Shown here piece after piece: positions 18,046-25,998 of a DNA stretch of 32,000 nucleotides. The DNA is from Acaryochloris marina MBIC11017. Its GTDB lineage: Bacteria; Cyanobacteriota; Cyanobacteriia; Thermosynechococcales; Thermosynechococcaceae. Positions within the stretch are counted from its first letter, which is position 1; the number at the start of each line of letters is the position of its first letter. The stretch lies in contig NC_009925.1 in NCBI RefSeq assembly GCF_000018105.1, positions 390,001 to 422,000 on the forward strand, given 5' to 3'. A model generated the notes under the pieces. That model saw only the letters and a program-made list of their open reading frames with translations. It was not told where the DNA came from and made no database searches. The position numbers were made by a program, and so were the translations under genes.

Positions 18046-18943
18046 GAGGCTGTTTGAGAAGTTTTAGTGCTCCTGCGCTAGCCTTCGAACCATGAGTCGA
18101 ATCATCGCCACATAAACAAGCGCTTCAGCCGTCCTAGTCAGCACCTCATAATCTTTATTAAGACGTCGAGACCACAACAACCATCCAAACGTCCGTTCTA
18201 CAATCCATCGTTTGGGAACAACCTGAAACCCCGCTAGATTATCTGAGCGTTTGATCACTTCCAAGACATATTGAAAACGGTCCATTACCCACTTCATCAA
18301 AGCTTGTCCTTGATAGCCTGCATCAGCCCATATCCGAACTAGACGGGACAAACTCGCACCTTGGCGTTGAGCTTTCCAAAACAGTATTTTGGCCCCTCGT
18401 TGGTCAGAGATATTTGCAGCGGTGACCATCACCATCAGAACCAGCCCCAAAGTATCAACGAGCACATGACGTTTACGACCTTTGACCATTTTCCCACCAT
18501 CAAACCCAATCAAGTGACACCGAGGATTGCCGACTTTGACCGATTGAGCATCGCAGATAGCGGCACTGGGACTGGGATGACGGTCTTCACTCACCCGCAC
18601 TTGCATGCGTAGATGTTCATTGATTTGACTCCAAGTCCCATCATCGCGCCACCTTCGAAAATAGCTATAGACCGTTGACCAACAGGGAAAATCATGAGGT
18701 AGTTGTCTCCACTGACAACCTGTAACCACGAGATAAAAAATGGCATTGAGAACACTGAGCATATCAGTGGTGCGAGGTCTACCTCCAGGTTTAGCAGCAG
18801 GAATCAAAGGCTCAAGTAATTCCCATTGCAGGGTGGTGAGGTCGCTATCATATGCTGTAGGCATTGCTCTCTAGGTCCTGTCCAGTGTTTGTGTATTGAC
18901 AGATTAGTACCTTGAGAGCTTTACTCACTTCTCAAACAGCCTC
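18046..18943 (-). mobile_element. IS5-family insertion sequence (IS1031/IS427-like), 898 bp
   Basis: Perfect 17-bp terminal inverted repeats: GAGGCTGTTTGAGAAGT (18046-18062) and ACTTCTCAAACAGCCTC (18927-18943). They are flanked by a direct TAA (18043-18045 and 18944-18946). An alternative reading is 16-bp IRs with a CTAAG duplication. There is a single 266-aa DDE transposase ORF. Confidence 0.9.
18064..18864 (-). CDS. IS5-family DDE transposase
   Basis: 266 aa. The N-terminus LTTLQWELLEPLIP...GRPR...NAIFYLVVTGCQWRQLP is typical of the IS5/IS4 superfamily. DDE candidates are DAQSVK, WADAGY and VERTFGW. Confidence 0.9.
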   Translation of the reverse strand: MPTAYDSDLTTLQWELLEPLIPAAKPGGRPRTTDMLSVLNAIFYLVVTGCQWRQLPHDFPCWSTVYSYFRRWRDDGTWSQINEHLRMQVRVSEDRHPSPSAAICDAQSVKVGNPRCHLIGFDGGKMVKGRKRHVLVDTLGLVLMVMVTAANISDQRGAKILFWKAQRQGASLSRLVRIWADAGYQGQALMKWVMDRFQYVLEVIKRSDNLAGFQVVPKRWIVERTFGWLLWSRRLNKDYEVLTRTAEALVYVAMIRLMVRRLAQEH

Positions 18944-20157
18944 TAAGCAGAAGGCTTCCCAAATCGAGCTGGATATTATTTCTGGCAACTTTGACAGCAC
19001 CCTCAAGAAATACAAACCCAAACGAGCCTCTCACAAACATCTTGAGCAGATTACAGCGGGAGAAGTGTTCGAGAAATTTATGACCGATCAGGAGAAGGAG
19101 AAAGGACTACAGGTGGGTAGTCTCTGCCGGTACACTGGGGCATTGAGGCAGTTACAGCGTTTTTTTGAGCACAAACCAGTTGAGTATATCGGTATTGCTG
19201 ACACGGGTGATTTTGCCGCCCATTTAAAAGAACACTGTAGCGATCGAACGACGAAAGACTATCTGATTCTGATCCGGGCTTGCTGGGATTGGGGCAGACT
19301 CAAGCATCTGATTGAATTCAATGCTAATCCTTGGGATGGGGTTCTTGAACGGGTGAAGGTTGCACCGAAGCAGCGGGTTAAGCCGTTTACGGCGGCAGAG
19401 GTGAAGGCCATTGAAGCGGCGTTTAGATCAGATCGCTACTATGCCCACTACGCTGACTTTGTCACGTTTCTCTTTGGGACGGGTTGCCGATTAGGGGAAG
19501 CCGCAGGTCTGCAGTGGCAGCATATTGCAGATGACCTGAAGACGGTGTGGTTTGGCGAGTCTGTTTCTCGGGGAGTGCGGAAAACAACGAAGACCGGCAA
19601 AGCAAGAACCATTATTCTGACTTCAAAAATCAGCCAATTGTTAGCTGCCCGCAAACCTCCATTGTTTCAGCCACAGGATTTGGTCTTCCCAGCCCCCAAA
19701 GGCGGGCCAATCAATGACCATACCTTTCGGCGTCGAGCCTGGAAGGGCGTGCTGAATAAGACGGGGATTGAATATCGGAAGCCTTACGCAACGCGCCATA
19801 CCGTGATCAGTCATGCCCTCGCTAATGATGAAAGAGCGCGAAAGAGGGAATTGCCTGCATGGTCCCGGAGAACAATTCCAAGTTTGTAGACCAAGTGAAC
19901 TACACCCTGGTTCGCTTTATGGAGGGGTATCTCAAGAGCAAAGAACCTTACGTCACCACCTTCCGATCGTTGGTTTGGGCCACAGGCCAAAGTGCCTCTT
20001 TCTAAAGACTTACGGGGACTCGTTTTGGAAACCATGCAGCTTGTGATTGATTTTAAGGAAGAGATTCCTGAAGATGATCTGTAGATGGTTTGAATCTCTC
20101 TATTTGGACTGCCATTGCCCTAATGCTTCTGATAGGTGAAGCGTTAGAGGGAATTGT

Positions 20158-22911
20158 TTAGCAATTCAACCCTGATAGATTCACTGAAGTTGGCAGCTTC
20201 TGGTGGATAGCTTCAATCGAATCTCCTTGGTGCTTGAGCTGAAATCCCATCTTTTTGCAAAGAGACTGCATCGCTCTGTTGTCCGGGAGAATATCTGCCT
20301 TGATAGCTTCTAAACCTTCCACTTCGCCAATTTGTAACAGTGATTTAAGCAGCTCTGTCCCCAATCCTTGGCCTTGAAATTGATCCTGAATCAGGATGCC
20401 AAACTCCGCCGATTGAGTGCCATGCAGTTTACTCAATCGGGCGACGCCTAAGATCTGATGATCTAGAGATTGGGGATCTCGATACTCGGCGACCAGAGCG
20501 ATTTCACGGTCATAATCAACAAAGCAGATGCGAGTGAGTCGTTCATGGGAGACCCGAGTTTGTAGCTTCATCAGATGAAAGTAGCGAAAATACACACTCT
20601 CCTCGGAGAGATTTTGATGGAATTGAACGATCAGAGGTTCATCTTCAGGACGGATGGGCCGAATCGTCACTGGCCAGCCATGACCCATGGTCCACTGGTG
20701 GACATATTGAGAAGGGTAGGGTCGAATGGCAGTGCGAATGGGCTGCTTTTCGGCTTGGGGATAGAGAATAATCCGGGCATCTAAGGCTACGATGTGATGC
20801 TCTGAGACAAGCAGAGGATTAATATCAATTTCCTTGATCTGGGGATACTCAACGATGAGATGACTAAACTTAACTAAAATCTGCTCTAGCTGATCCAAAT
20901 TAACGGATTGGTGTCCCCTCACTCCCTGTAATGCTTGATAGATTTTGGTCTGTTCCATCAGGCGGCGGGCCAGGGTGGAATTGAGGGGTGGCAATCCTAA
21001 GGCCCGGTCTTGGAAGACTTCCACCAACTGTCCACCCAACCCAAAGAGGATGATGGGGCCAAATTGAGGATCAGAACTACTTCCTAGAATCAGTTCATAG
21101 CCCTCGTGGTTTAGCATCGGTTGGACGGTTACGCCTAAAAAGGCTTGCTTACCATAGGGCTGCATATTCTGCTGAATCGAGGTGAAGGCGGCTTGCACTG
21201 CGGCAGCATTAGGGAGATTAAGATGGACACCCCCCACATCCGTTTTATGGGTAATGGTGTGGGAGTGGAGTTTGAGGACAACGGGATAGCCGAGGGTCTC
21301 CGCAAACGCGACGGCTTGTTCAGGGGTTTGGGCCAAATGGCTAAGCACAGTCGGAATACCGTAGGACTGGAGGAATTGCTTGGATTCCCATTCGCTCAGA
21401 AGGGTGCGATCACATGCCGTAGCATCCACTAATATCTGCTCCATGCGCTGCCGATCCAAAGTCTCAGCGTTTTCAATGACAGGGGTTTCATAGAGAGAAC
21501 GCAGCCGATAGCTATATTGACTCATTAAGTTAAAAACCTGAGCAGCTGTATCGGGATAGGGCAGCGTAAACAGACCCGCTTGATTGAGCAGGGCTTCCCC
21601 TGCCGCAACATCCTCTCCACCCATCCAGCTCGCCAAGAGGGGCTTATGGGTAATGCCTTGGGCTGTTTGAATCAGGGTTTGGGCGGTTTGCCGGGGATCG
21701 GTCATGGCTTGGGGTGTGAGAATTACCAATAGGCCATCACTGCCTGGGTCTTGGGCGGCAATTTGGAGGGCTTGAGCGTAGCGTTCGGGGGTAGCATCTC
21801 CCAAAATATCAATGGGATTATGGTGACTCCATTCTGTAGGTAAACAGTTATCTAAAGCTTGGTGGGTTTCGGGTGCTAGCGGAGTGAGATGACCACCTCC
21901 GCGAATTAAGGAATCTGTTGCTAGGACACCGGGTCCCCCAGCATTAGTCACGATGGTCAGGCGATTGCCTTGAGGACGCGGCTGCTTCGCCAGTACCTCG
22001 GCCATATTAAATAGCTCATCAATGGTGTTCACCCGCAACACCCCACATCTGCGGAAAGCGGCGTCTAAGACATCATCACTGCCCATCAGCGACCCCGTAT
22101 GGGAGGCAGCTGCTTTAGCAGCTTCTTGAGTTCGCCCGCCTTTGATCACAATGATGGGCTTACTTAGGGCAACTTCCCGCGCTGCCGAGAGGAAAGATCG
22201 GGCATCTCCAATCGCTTCCATATAGATGACAATGCTGTGGGTATGGGGGTCGTCGCCTAGGTGGTAAATTAAGTCTCCCCAACTGATATCTAGCATGGAG
22301 CCAATGGAGACAAAGGCACTAAAACCCACATTTTCCCGCAGGCTCCAGTCCAGAATTGAGGTGCATAATGCGCCACTCTGACTCAAGAACCCAACGTTTC
22401 CTGGGCGCGCCATCGTACTGGCAAAGGTGGTATTCAAACCATAGGGTGGACACATGAGACCCAGACAATTTGGTCCAATAATTCGTAAATTGCCCTGACG
22501 AGCCGTTTGCAAAATCTCCTGCTCTAATTGCTGTCCCGCTTCACCAATTTCCTTAAAACCCGCAGAAATGATGATCGCTCCTCTGACGCCAGCCTGAATA
22601 CATTGCTGGACTGCAGACAGTACTCGAGGGGCAGGTATGGCAATAACAGCCAGATCGATTTGCTCAGGGATCGAGAGAATATCTGTATAAGCCTTAATCC
22701 CAAGCACACTAGAACGCTTGGGATTAACAGGGAATACAGTGCCGCCAAAGGGACTACTAACTAGATTCCACAGAAGGGTGCGTCCGACACTATTGGGTTT
22801 TTCTGTGGCGCCAATCACAGCAACCCGTCGGGGGGCAAAAAAAGGCTGTAGGGGGGTGTAGTCGTAGCGAAGAATATCATGGGCTGGATCAACGGAGGGC
22901 GTTGTCATCAT
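20158..22911 (-). CDS. Fusion of ADP-forming acetyl-CoA synthetase (ACD; NDP-forming acyl-CoA synthetase) with a C-terminal GNAT acetyltransferase (Pat-like architecture)
   Basis: 917 aa. N-terminal CoA-binding domain ([17 protein letters not shown]), an SCS-alpha-like domain with [13 protein letters not shown] (His271, codon 22099-22101), an ATP-grasp region ([10 protein letters not shown]...HKTDVGGV), and a GNAT at roughly 20190-20680 with [10 protein letters not shown]. Confidence 0.9.
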   Translation of the reverse strand: MMTTPSVDPAHDILRYDYTPLQPFFAPRRVAVIGATEKPNSVGRTLLWNLVSSPFGGTVFPVNPKRSSVLGIKAYTDILSIPEQIDLAVIAIPAPRVLSAVQQCIQAGVRGAIIISAGFKEIGEAGQQLEQEILQTARQGNLRIIGPNCLGLMCPPYGLNTTFASTMARPGNVGFLSQSGALCTSILDWSLRENVGFSAFVSIGSMLDISWGDLIYHLGDDPHTHSIVIYMEAIGDARSFLSAAREVALSKPIIVIKGGRTQEAAKAAASHTGSLMGSDDVLDAAFRRCGVLRVNTIDELFNMAEVLAKQPRPQGNRLTIVTNAGGPGVLATDSLIRGGGHLTPLAPETHQALDNCLPTEWSHHNPIDILGDATPERYAQALQIAAQDPGSDGLLVILTPQAMTDPRQTAQTLIQTAQGITHKPLLASWMGGEDVAAGEALLNQAGLFTLPYPDTAAQVFNLMSQYSYRLRSLYETPVIENAETLDRQRMEQILVDATACDRTLLSEWESKQFLQSYGIPTVLSHLAQTPEQAVAFAETLGYPVVLKLHSHTITHKTDVGGVHLNLPNAAAVQAAFTSIQQNMQPYGKQAFLGVTVQPMLNHEGYELILGSSSDPQFGPIILFGLGGQLVEVFQDRALGLPPLNSTLARRLMEQTKIYQALQGVRGHQSVNLDQLEQILVKFSHLIVEYPQIKEIDINPLLVSEHHIVALDARIILYPQAEKQPIRTAIRPYPSQYVHQWTMGHGWPVTIRPIRPEDEPLIVQFHQNLSEESVYFRYFHLMKLQTRVSHERLTRICFVDYDREIALVAEYRDPQSLDHQILGVARLSKLHGTQSAEFGILIQDQFQGQGLGTELLKSLLQIGEVEGLEAIKADILPDNRAMQSLCKKMGFQLKHQGDSIEAIHQKLPTSVNLSGLNC

Positions 22912-23220
22912 GGGCTTATGTCATGCAATGAAGAGGTCGGTGAGGTTAGTTAAAGGAATGATGAGCTGAGTGTGGCCTGGACTGAAGCTTTGGTTGGATC
23001 GACTTCAGGAGCTAGTGATAGGCAACTTGGAGAGGTGATGGCTACCTCAATGATTACTGGGTGAAAGTGTTGTGGAGCATCAGTGAGTCTAGAGTCTATT
23101 TCATGGCGATTGCTACAGATGGGCCGAATTATAATTGCTGCTAGTCAGATTGAGTGTCAACAAAAATACAATCGCCCCTGCGATTTCAATGAATAAGTAA
23201 ATATTAGACGAAAGCGCTTT

Positions 23221-23241
23221 TGACTTAAGTCAATTAAGTCA
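23221..23241. promoter_or_regulatory. Candidate operator: perfect 12-bp palindrome TGACTTAAGTCA followed by a third TTAAGTCA half-site
   Basis: TGACTTAAGTCA at 23221-23232 is self-complementary. TTAAGTCA occurs at 23225-23232 and again at 23234-23241. It lies in the divergent ACD-GNAT/pflB control region. Its function is unknown. Confidence 0.25.
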
Positions 23242-23700
23242 CTATTTTACATATAGATCAACCTTTTTAAAAAGAGGTTAAGATCTATAATTCCTGGGTC
23301 CTTAATGGAAGTTATATAGCCATATCATAATCAAATCTCTTCAAGCTGCTCTTTCTCAATATTTGTGAGATGCTATCTCTTCAGATAACTCTATACAAGG
23401 GATAGAAAGGTTCCTTCTCTGTGAAATATGGCTCGACAAAATGATTATATTCTCTTGTTCATAGAATATTCTAGCTATAAAAACAACAAAACTATTGTTT
23501 TAATTGACTATTTTCAAACAATAAAGTTGTTAATTAAGAAATAGTTTAAAGTAGGATCTTGTTGCTCAGATCACGGATTTTTAGGGTTGAATTTTGTATA
23601 TTAAAAGCAAGGATAAATGCGCGATTTGCAAAAGAGTCGTGAGCAACAATAATTCACTATTTACGATCACTTTGGTGTGATGACTGGAGGTGCCTGCACG

Positions 23701-25929
23701 ATGTTTAAACAGTGGACAGGTTTTCAGGCCGGGCAGTGGATGCAAGAGGTAAACGTCCGTGCCTTTATTCAAAGTAACTACACCCCTTATGTCGGGGATG
23801 AGACTTTTTTAGCAGCAGCGAGCGATCGCACCTCGTTACTCTGGGACAAAGTCTCTTTTTCGATGGATGTGGAGCGGCAACAGGGCATTCTGGATGCCGA
23901 CACTCAAGTCCCGGCGGGGATTACGGCCCATGCGCCGGGCTATATTGCTCCTGATCTCGAACAAATTGTGGGCTTACAAACGGATCAGCCCCTCAAGCGA
24001 GCCATTATGCCCCTGGGGGGAATTCGGGTGGTGCAGAAATCTTTGGAAGCCTATGGCTATAAGCTCGATCCAGGCACCCTGAAGACGTTTACCCAATATC
24101 GCAAAACCCATAATGATGGGGTATTTGATGCCTATACTCGCGAGATGCGGTTGGCCCGCCACTCTGGCATTATCACGGGCTTACCTGATGCCTATGGCCG
24201 GGGCCGAATTATTGGTGACTATCGCCGGGTGGCCCTGTATGGGGTTGATTTCCTGATCAACGATAAGCGACAGCAACTACTGTCTTTGGAAGTAGATGCG
24301 ATCAACGAAACCGTAATTCGGCACCGGGAGGAACTCTCGGAGCAGATTCGTGCCCTGCAAGAGCTAAAAGAGATGGCGGATCAATATGGGTTTGATATTG
24401 GTCAACCCGCCGCCACCGCCCAAGAAGCCGTGCAGTGGACCTACTTTGGCTATCTAGGGGCGATCAAAGAGCAGAATGGGGCAGCCATGTCCTTAGGCCG
24501 AGTCTCCACCTTTTTAGATATTTATATTCAGCGGGATCTGAACCAAGGCACCCTAACAGAAGCGGAAGCCCAAGAACTAATTGACCATTTTGTGATGAAG
24601 TTGCGGATGGTCCGGTTTCTGCGCACCCCGGCCTATAACGAACTGTTTTCCGGTGATCCCGTATGGGTCACAGAATCGATTGGGGGCATGGGCCTGGACG
24701 GACGGACCTTGGTCACCCGCACCAGTTTTCGATTCCTCCATACCCTCTATAACCTTGGTCCTGCGCCAGAGCCCAACCTCACCGTGCTGTGGTCAGAACA
24801 ACTCCCCGACAACTTTAAGCGCTTCTGTGCACAGGTTTCCATTGATACCAGCTCCATCCAGTATGAAAACGACGACTTGATGCGAACCGAGTATGGGGAT
24901 GACTATGGTATTGCCTGCTGTGTGTCCGCTATGCGCATTGGCAAGCAAATGCAGTTCTTTGGAGCCCGGGTGAATCTGGCGAAAGCGCTGCTGTATGCCA
25001 TTAACGGCGGCAAGGATGAAAAATCGGGGGAGCAAATTGCCCCCGCTTATGCGCCGATTACGGCAGACATCCTGGACTACGACGAGGTGATGGCCAAGTT
25101 TGATGTGCTGATGGGCTGGTTAGCCAAGCTCTACGTCAATACCCTCAATGTCATTCACTATATGCATGACAAGTATTGTTATGAGCGCCTGGAAATGGCC
25201 CTCCATGATCGTGATGTGTATCGCACCATGGCCTGCGGCATTGCCGGGCTATCGGTGGTAGCGGACTCTCTCTCAGCGATCAAACATACCCAAGTCAAGG
25301 TGATTCGCGATGACGCGGGACTGGCCATCGATTATAAGTTAATGGGCAACTACCCGGCCTTTGGCAACAATGACGAACGGGTGGATTCGATTGCCCAGGA
25401 GGTGGTGCGGCGGTTTATGAATCATGTTCGCCAGCATCAAACCTATCGGGATGCAGTACCCACCCAATCCATTCTGACGATTACGTCCAACGTGGTCTAT
25501 GGCAAAAAGACTGGCAGTACCCCCGATGGCCGCAAGGCGGGTGAACCCTTTGGGCCAGGGGCGAACCCCATGCATGGTCGTGATACGAAGGGTGCGATCG
25601 CAGCCTGCGAATCCGTCGCCCAGCTCCCCTATCAACATGCCCAAGACGGCATTTCCTATACCTTTTCCATCGTGCCCCAGGCCTTGGGCAAAGGGGAGAC
25701 TGACCAAGACCGCAATCTCGTCGGCTTACTGGATGGCTACTTCCACAATACGGGCCAGCATATCAACATCAATGTGCTCAACCGTGACACCCTACTGGAT
25801 GCCATGGAACATCCCGAGCAGTATCCTCAACTGACCATTCGGGTTTCTGGCTATGCCGTCAACTTTATCAAGCTGACTCGCGAACAACAGCGAGACGTGG
25901 TCAGCCGCACCTTTCACAGTCGGTTCTAG
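23701..25929 (+). CDS. pflB: Pyruvate formate-lyase (formate C-acetyltransferase)
   Basis: Near-collinear with E. coli PflB from memory: [37 protein letters not shown], catalytic CCVS (IACCVSAM), and the glycyl-radical site RVSGYAV (Gly codon 25849-25851). I start at ATG 23701 (MFKQW...), with GGAGG 10 nt upstream. The track starts at GTG 23677. Confidence 0.96.
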   Translation: MFKQWTGFQAGQWMQEVNVRAFIQSNYTPYVGDETFLAAASDRTSLLWDKVSFSMDVERQQGILDADTQVPAGITAHAPGYIAPDLEQIVGLQTDQPLKRAIMPLGGIRVVQKSLEAYGYKLDPGTLKTFTQYRKTHNDGVFDAYTREMRLARHSGIITGLPDAYGRGRIIGDYRRVALYGVDFLINDKRQQLLSLEVDAINETVIRHREELSEQIRALQELKEMADQYGFDIGQPAATAQEAVQWTYFGYLGAIKEQNGAAMSLGRVSTFLDIYIQRDLNQGTLTEAEAQELIDHFVMKLRMVRFLRTPAYNELFSGDPVWVTESIGGMGLDGRTLVTRTSFRFLHTLYNLGPAPEPNLTVLWSEQLPDNFKRFCAQVSIDTSSIQYENDDLMRTEYGDDYGIACCVSAMRIGKQMQFFGARVNLAKALLYAINGGKDEKSGEQIAPAYAPITADILDYDEVMAKFDVLMGWLAKLYVNTLNVIHYMHDKYCYERLEMALHDRDVYRTMACGIAGLSVVADSLSAIKHTQVKVIRDDAGLAIDYKLMGNYPAFGNNDERVDSIAQEVVRRFMNHVRQHQTYRDAVPTQSILTITSNVVYGKKTGSTPDGRKAGEPFGPGANPMHGRDTKGAIAACESVAQLPYQHAQDGISYTFSIVPQALGKGETDQDRNLVGLLDGYFHNTGQHININVLNRDTLLDAMEHPEQYPQLTIRVSGYAVNFIKLTREQQRDVVSRTFHSRF
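23822..23829. repeat. HIP1 octamer GCGATCGC
   Basis: Exact match (inside pflB). Confidence 0.95.
25594..25601. repeat. HIP1 octamer GCGATCGC
   Basis: Exact match (inside pflB). Confidence 0.95.
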
Positions 25930-25938
25930 CTACCCCTG

Positions 25939-25964
25939 CTTCCCCTTACCTGACTAAGGGGAAG
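25939..25964 (+). promoter_or_regulatory. 10-bp stem-loop immediately after the pflB stop (possible partial terminator or mRNA-stabilising hairpin)
   Basis: CTTCCCCTTA (25939-25948), loop CCTGAC, TAAGGGGAAG (25955-25964), followed by TTTCCCTCCCTTTCG. The ppsA Shine-Dalgarno GGAGG lies downstream, 7 nt before ATG 25999. Confidence 0.4.
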
Positions 25965-25998
25965 TTTCCCTCCCTTTCGAGTTCTCTGGAGGTTTGAG

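Larger units (their letters stand above)
17885..19889 (+). pseudogene. Tyrosine recombinase/phage-type integrase, interrupted by an IS element and probably also damaged at the 3' end
   Basis: The N-terminal fragment is 17885-18045 (MASTSKSG...RLRLRWNYEGKRYAMAVGLPDTAVNRTFAK, an arm-binding type N-terminus). It resumes at 18947 (QKASQIELDIISGNFDSTLKKYKPK...). The catalytic region has GCRLGEA (Arg I) and YATRHTVISHAL (His/Arg II). The frame stops 26 codons later, before any GH...Y catalytic-Tyr segment. Confidence 0.85.

Noticed and set aside
18912-18946. The track start of the 325-aa 'integrase' ORF.
   Set aside because: The first ~11 codons (MRALLTSQTAS) are translated from the IS right end and inverted repeat. 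The real integrase sequence resumes at the target duplication.
20087-20107. GGTTTGAATCTCTCTATTTGG, which faintly resembles the tRNA-Pro 3' end (GGTTCAAATCCTCTCATCCCG). Considered as a possible attR.
   Set aside because: Only about 14 of 22 positions match, with an indel. This is not convincing without a formal alignment. If a real attR exists it may lie outside the window.
22912-23700. ZTP ('pfl motif') riboswitch upstream of pflB; also checked upstream of purM (14520-15211).
   Set aside because: I could not find the conserved GGGTCGTGAC...CCGCCTGGGCA-type elements by eye. A cmsearch would be the decisive test.
23581-23772. 63-aa minus-strand ORF across the pflB start, and GTG 23677 / ATG 23680 as alternative pflB starts.
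   Set aside because: The minus-strand ORF overlaps the pflB N-terminus and has no supporting features. ATG 23701 has a GGAGG upstream and aligns with the E. coli PflB N-terminus. The upstream starts cannot be excluded without proteomics.
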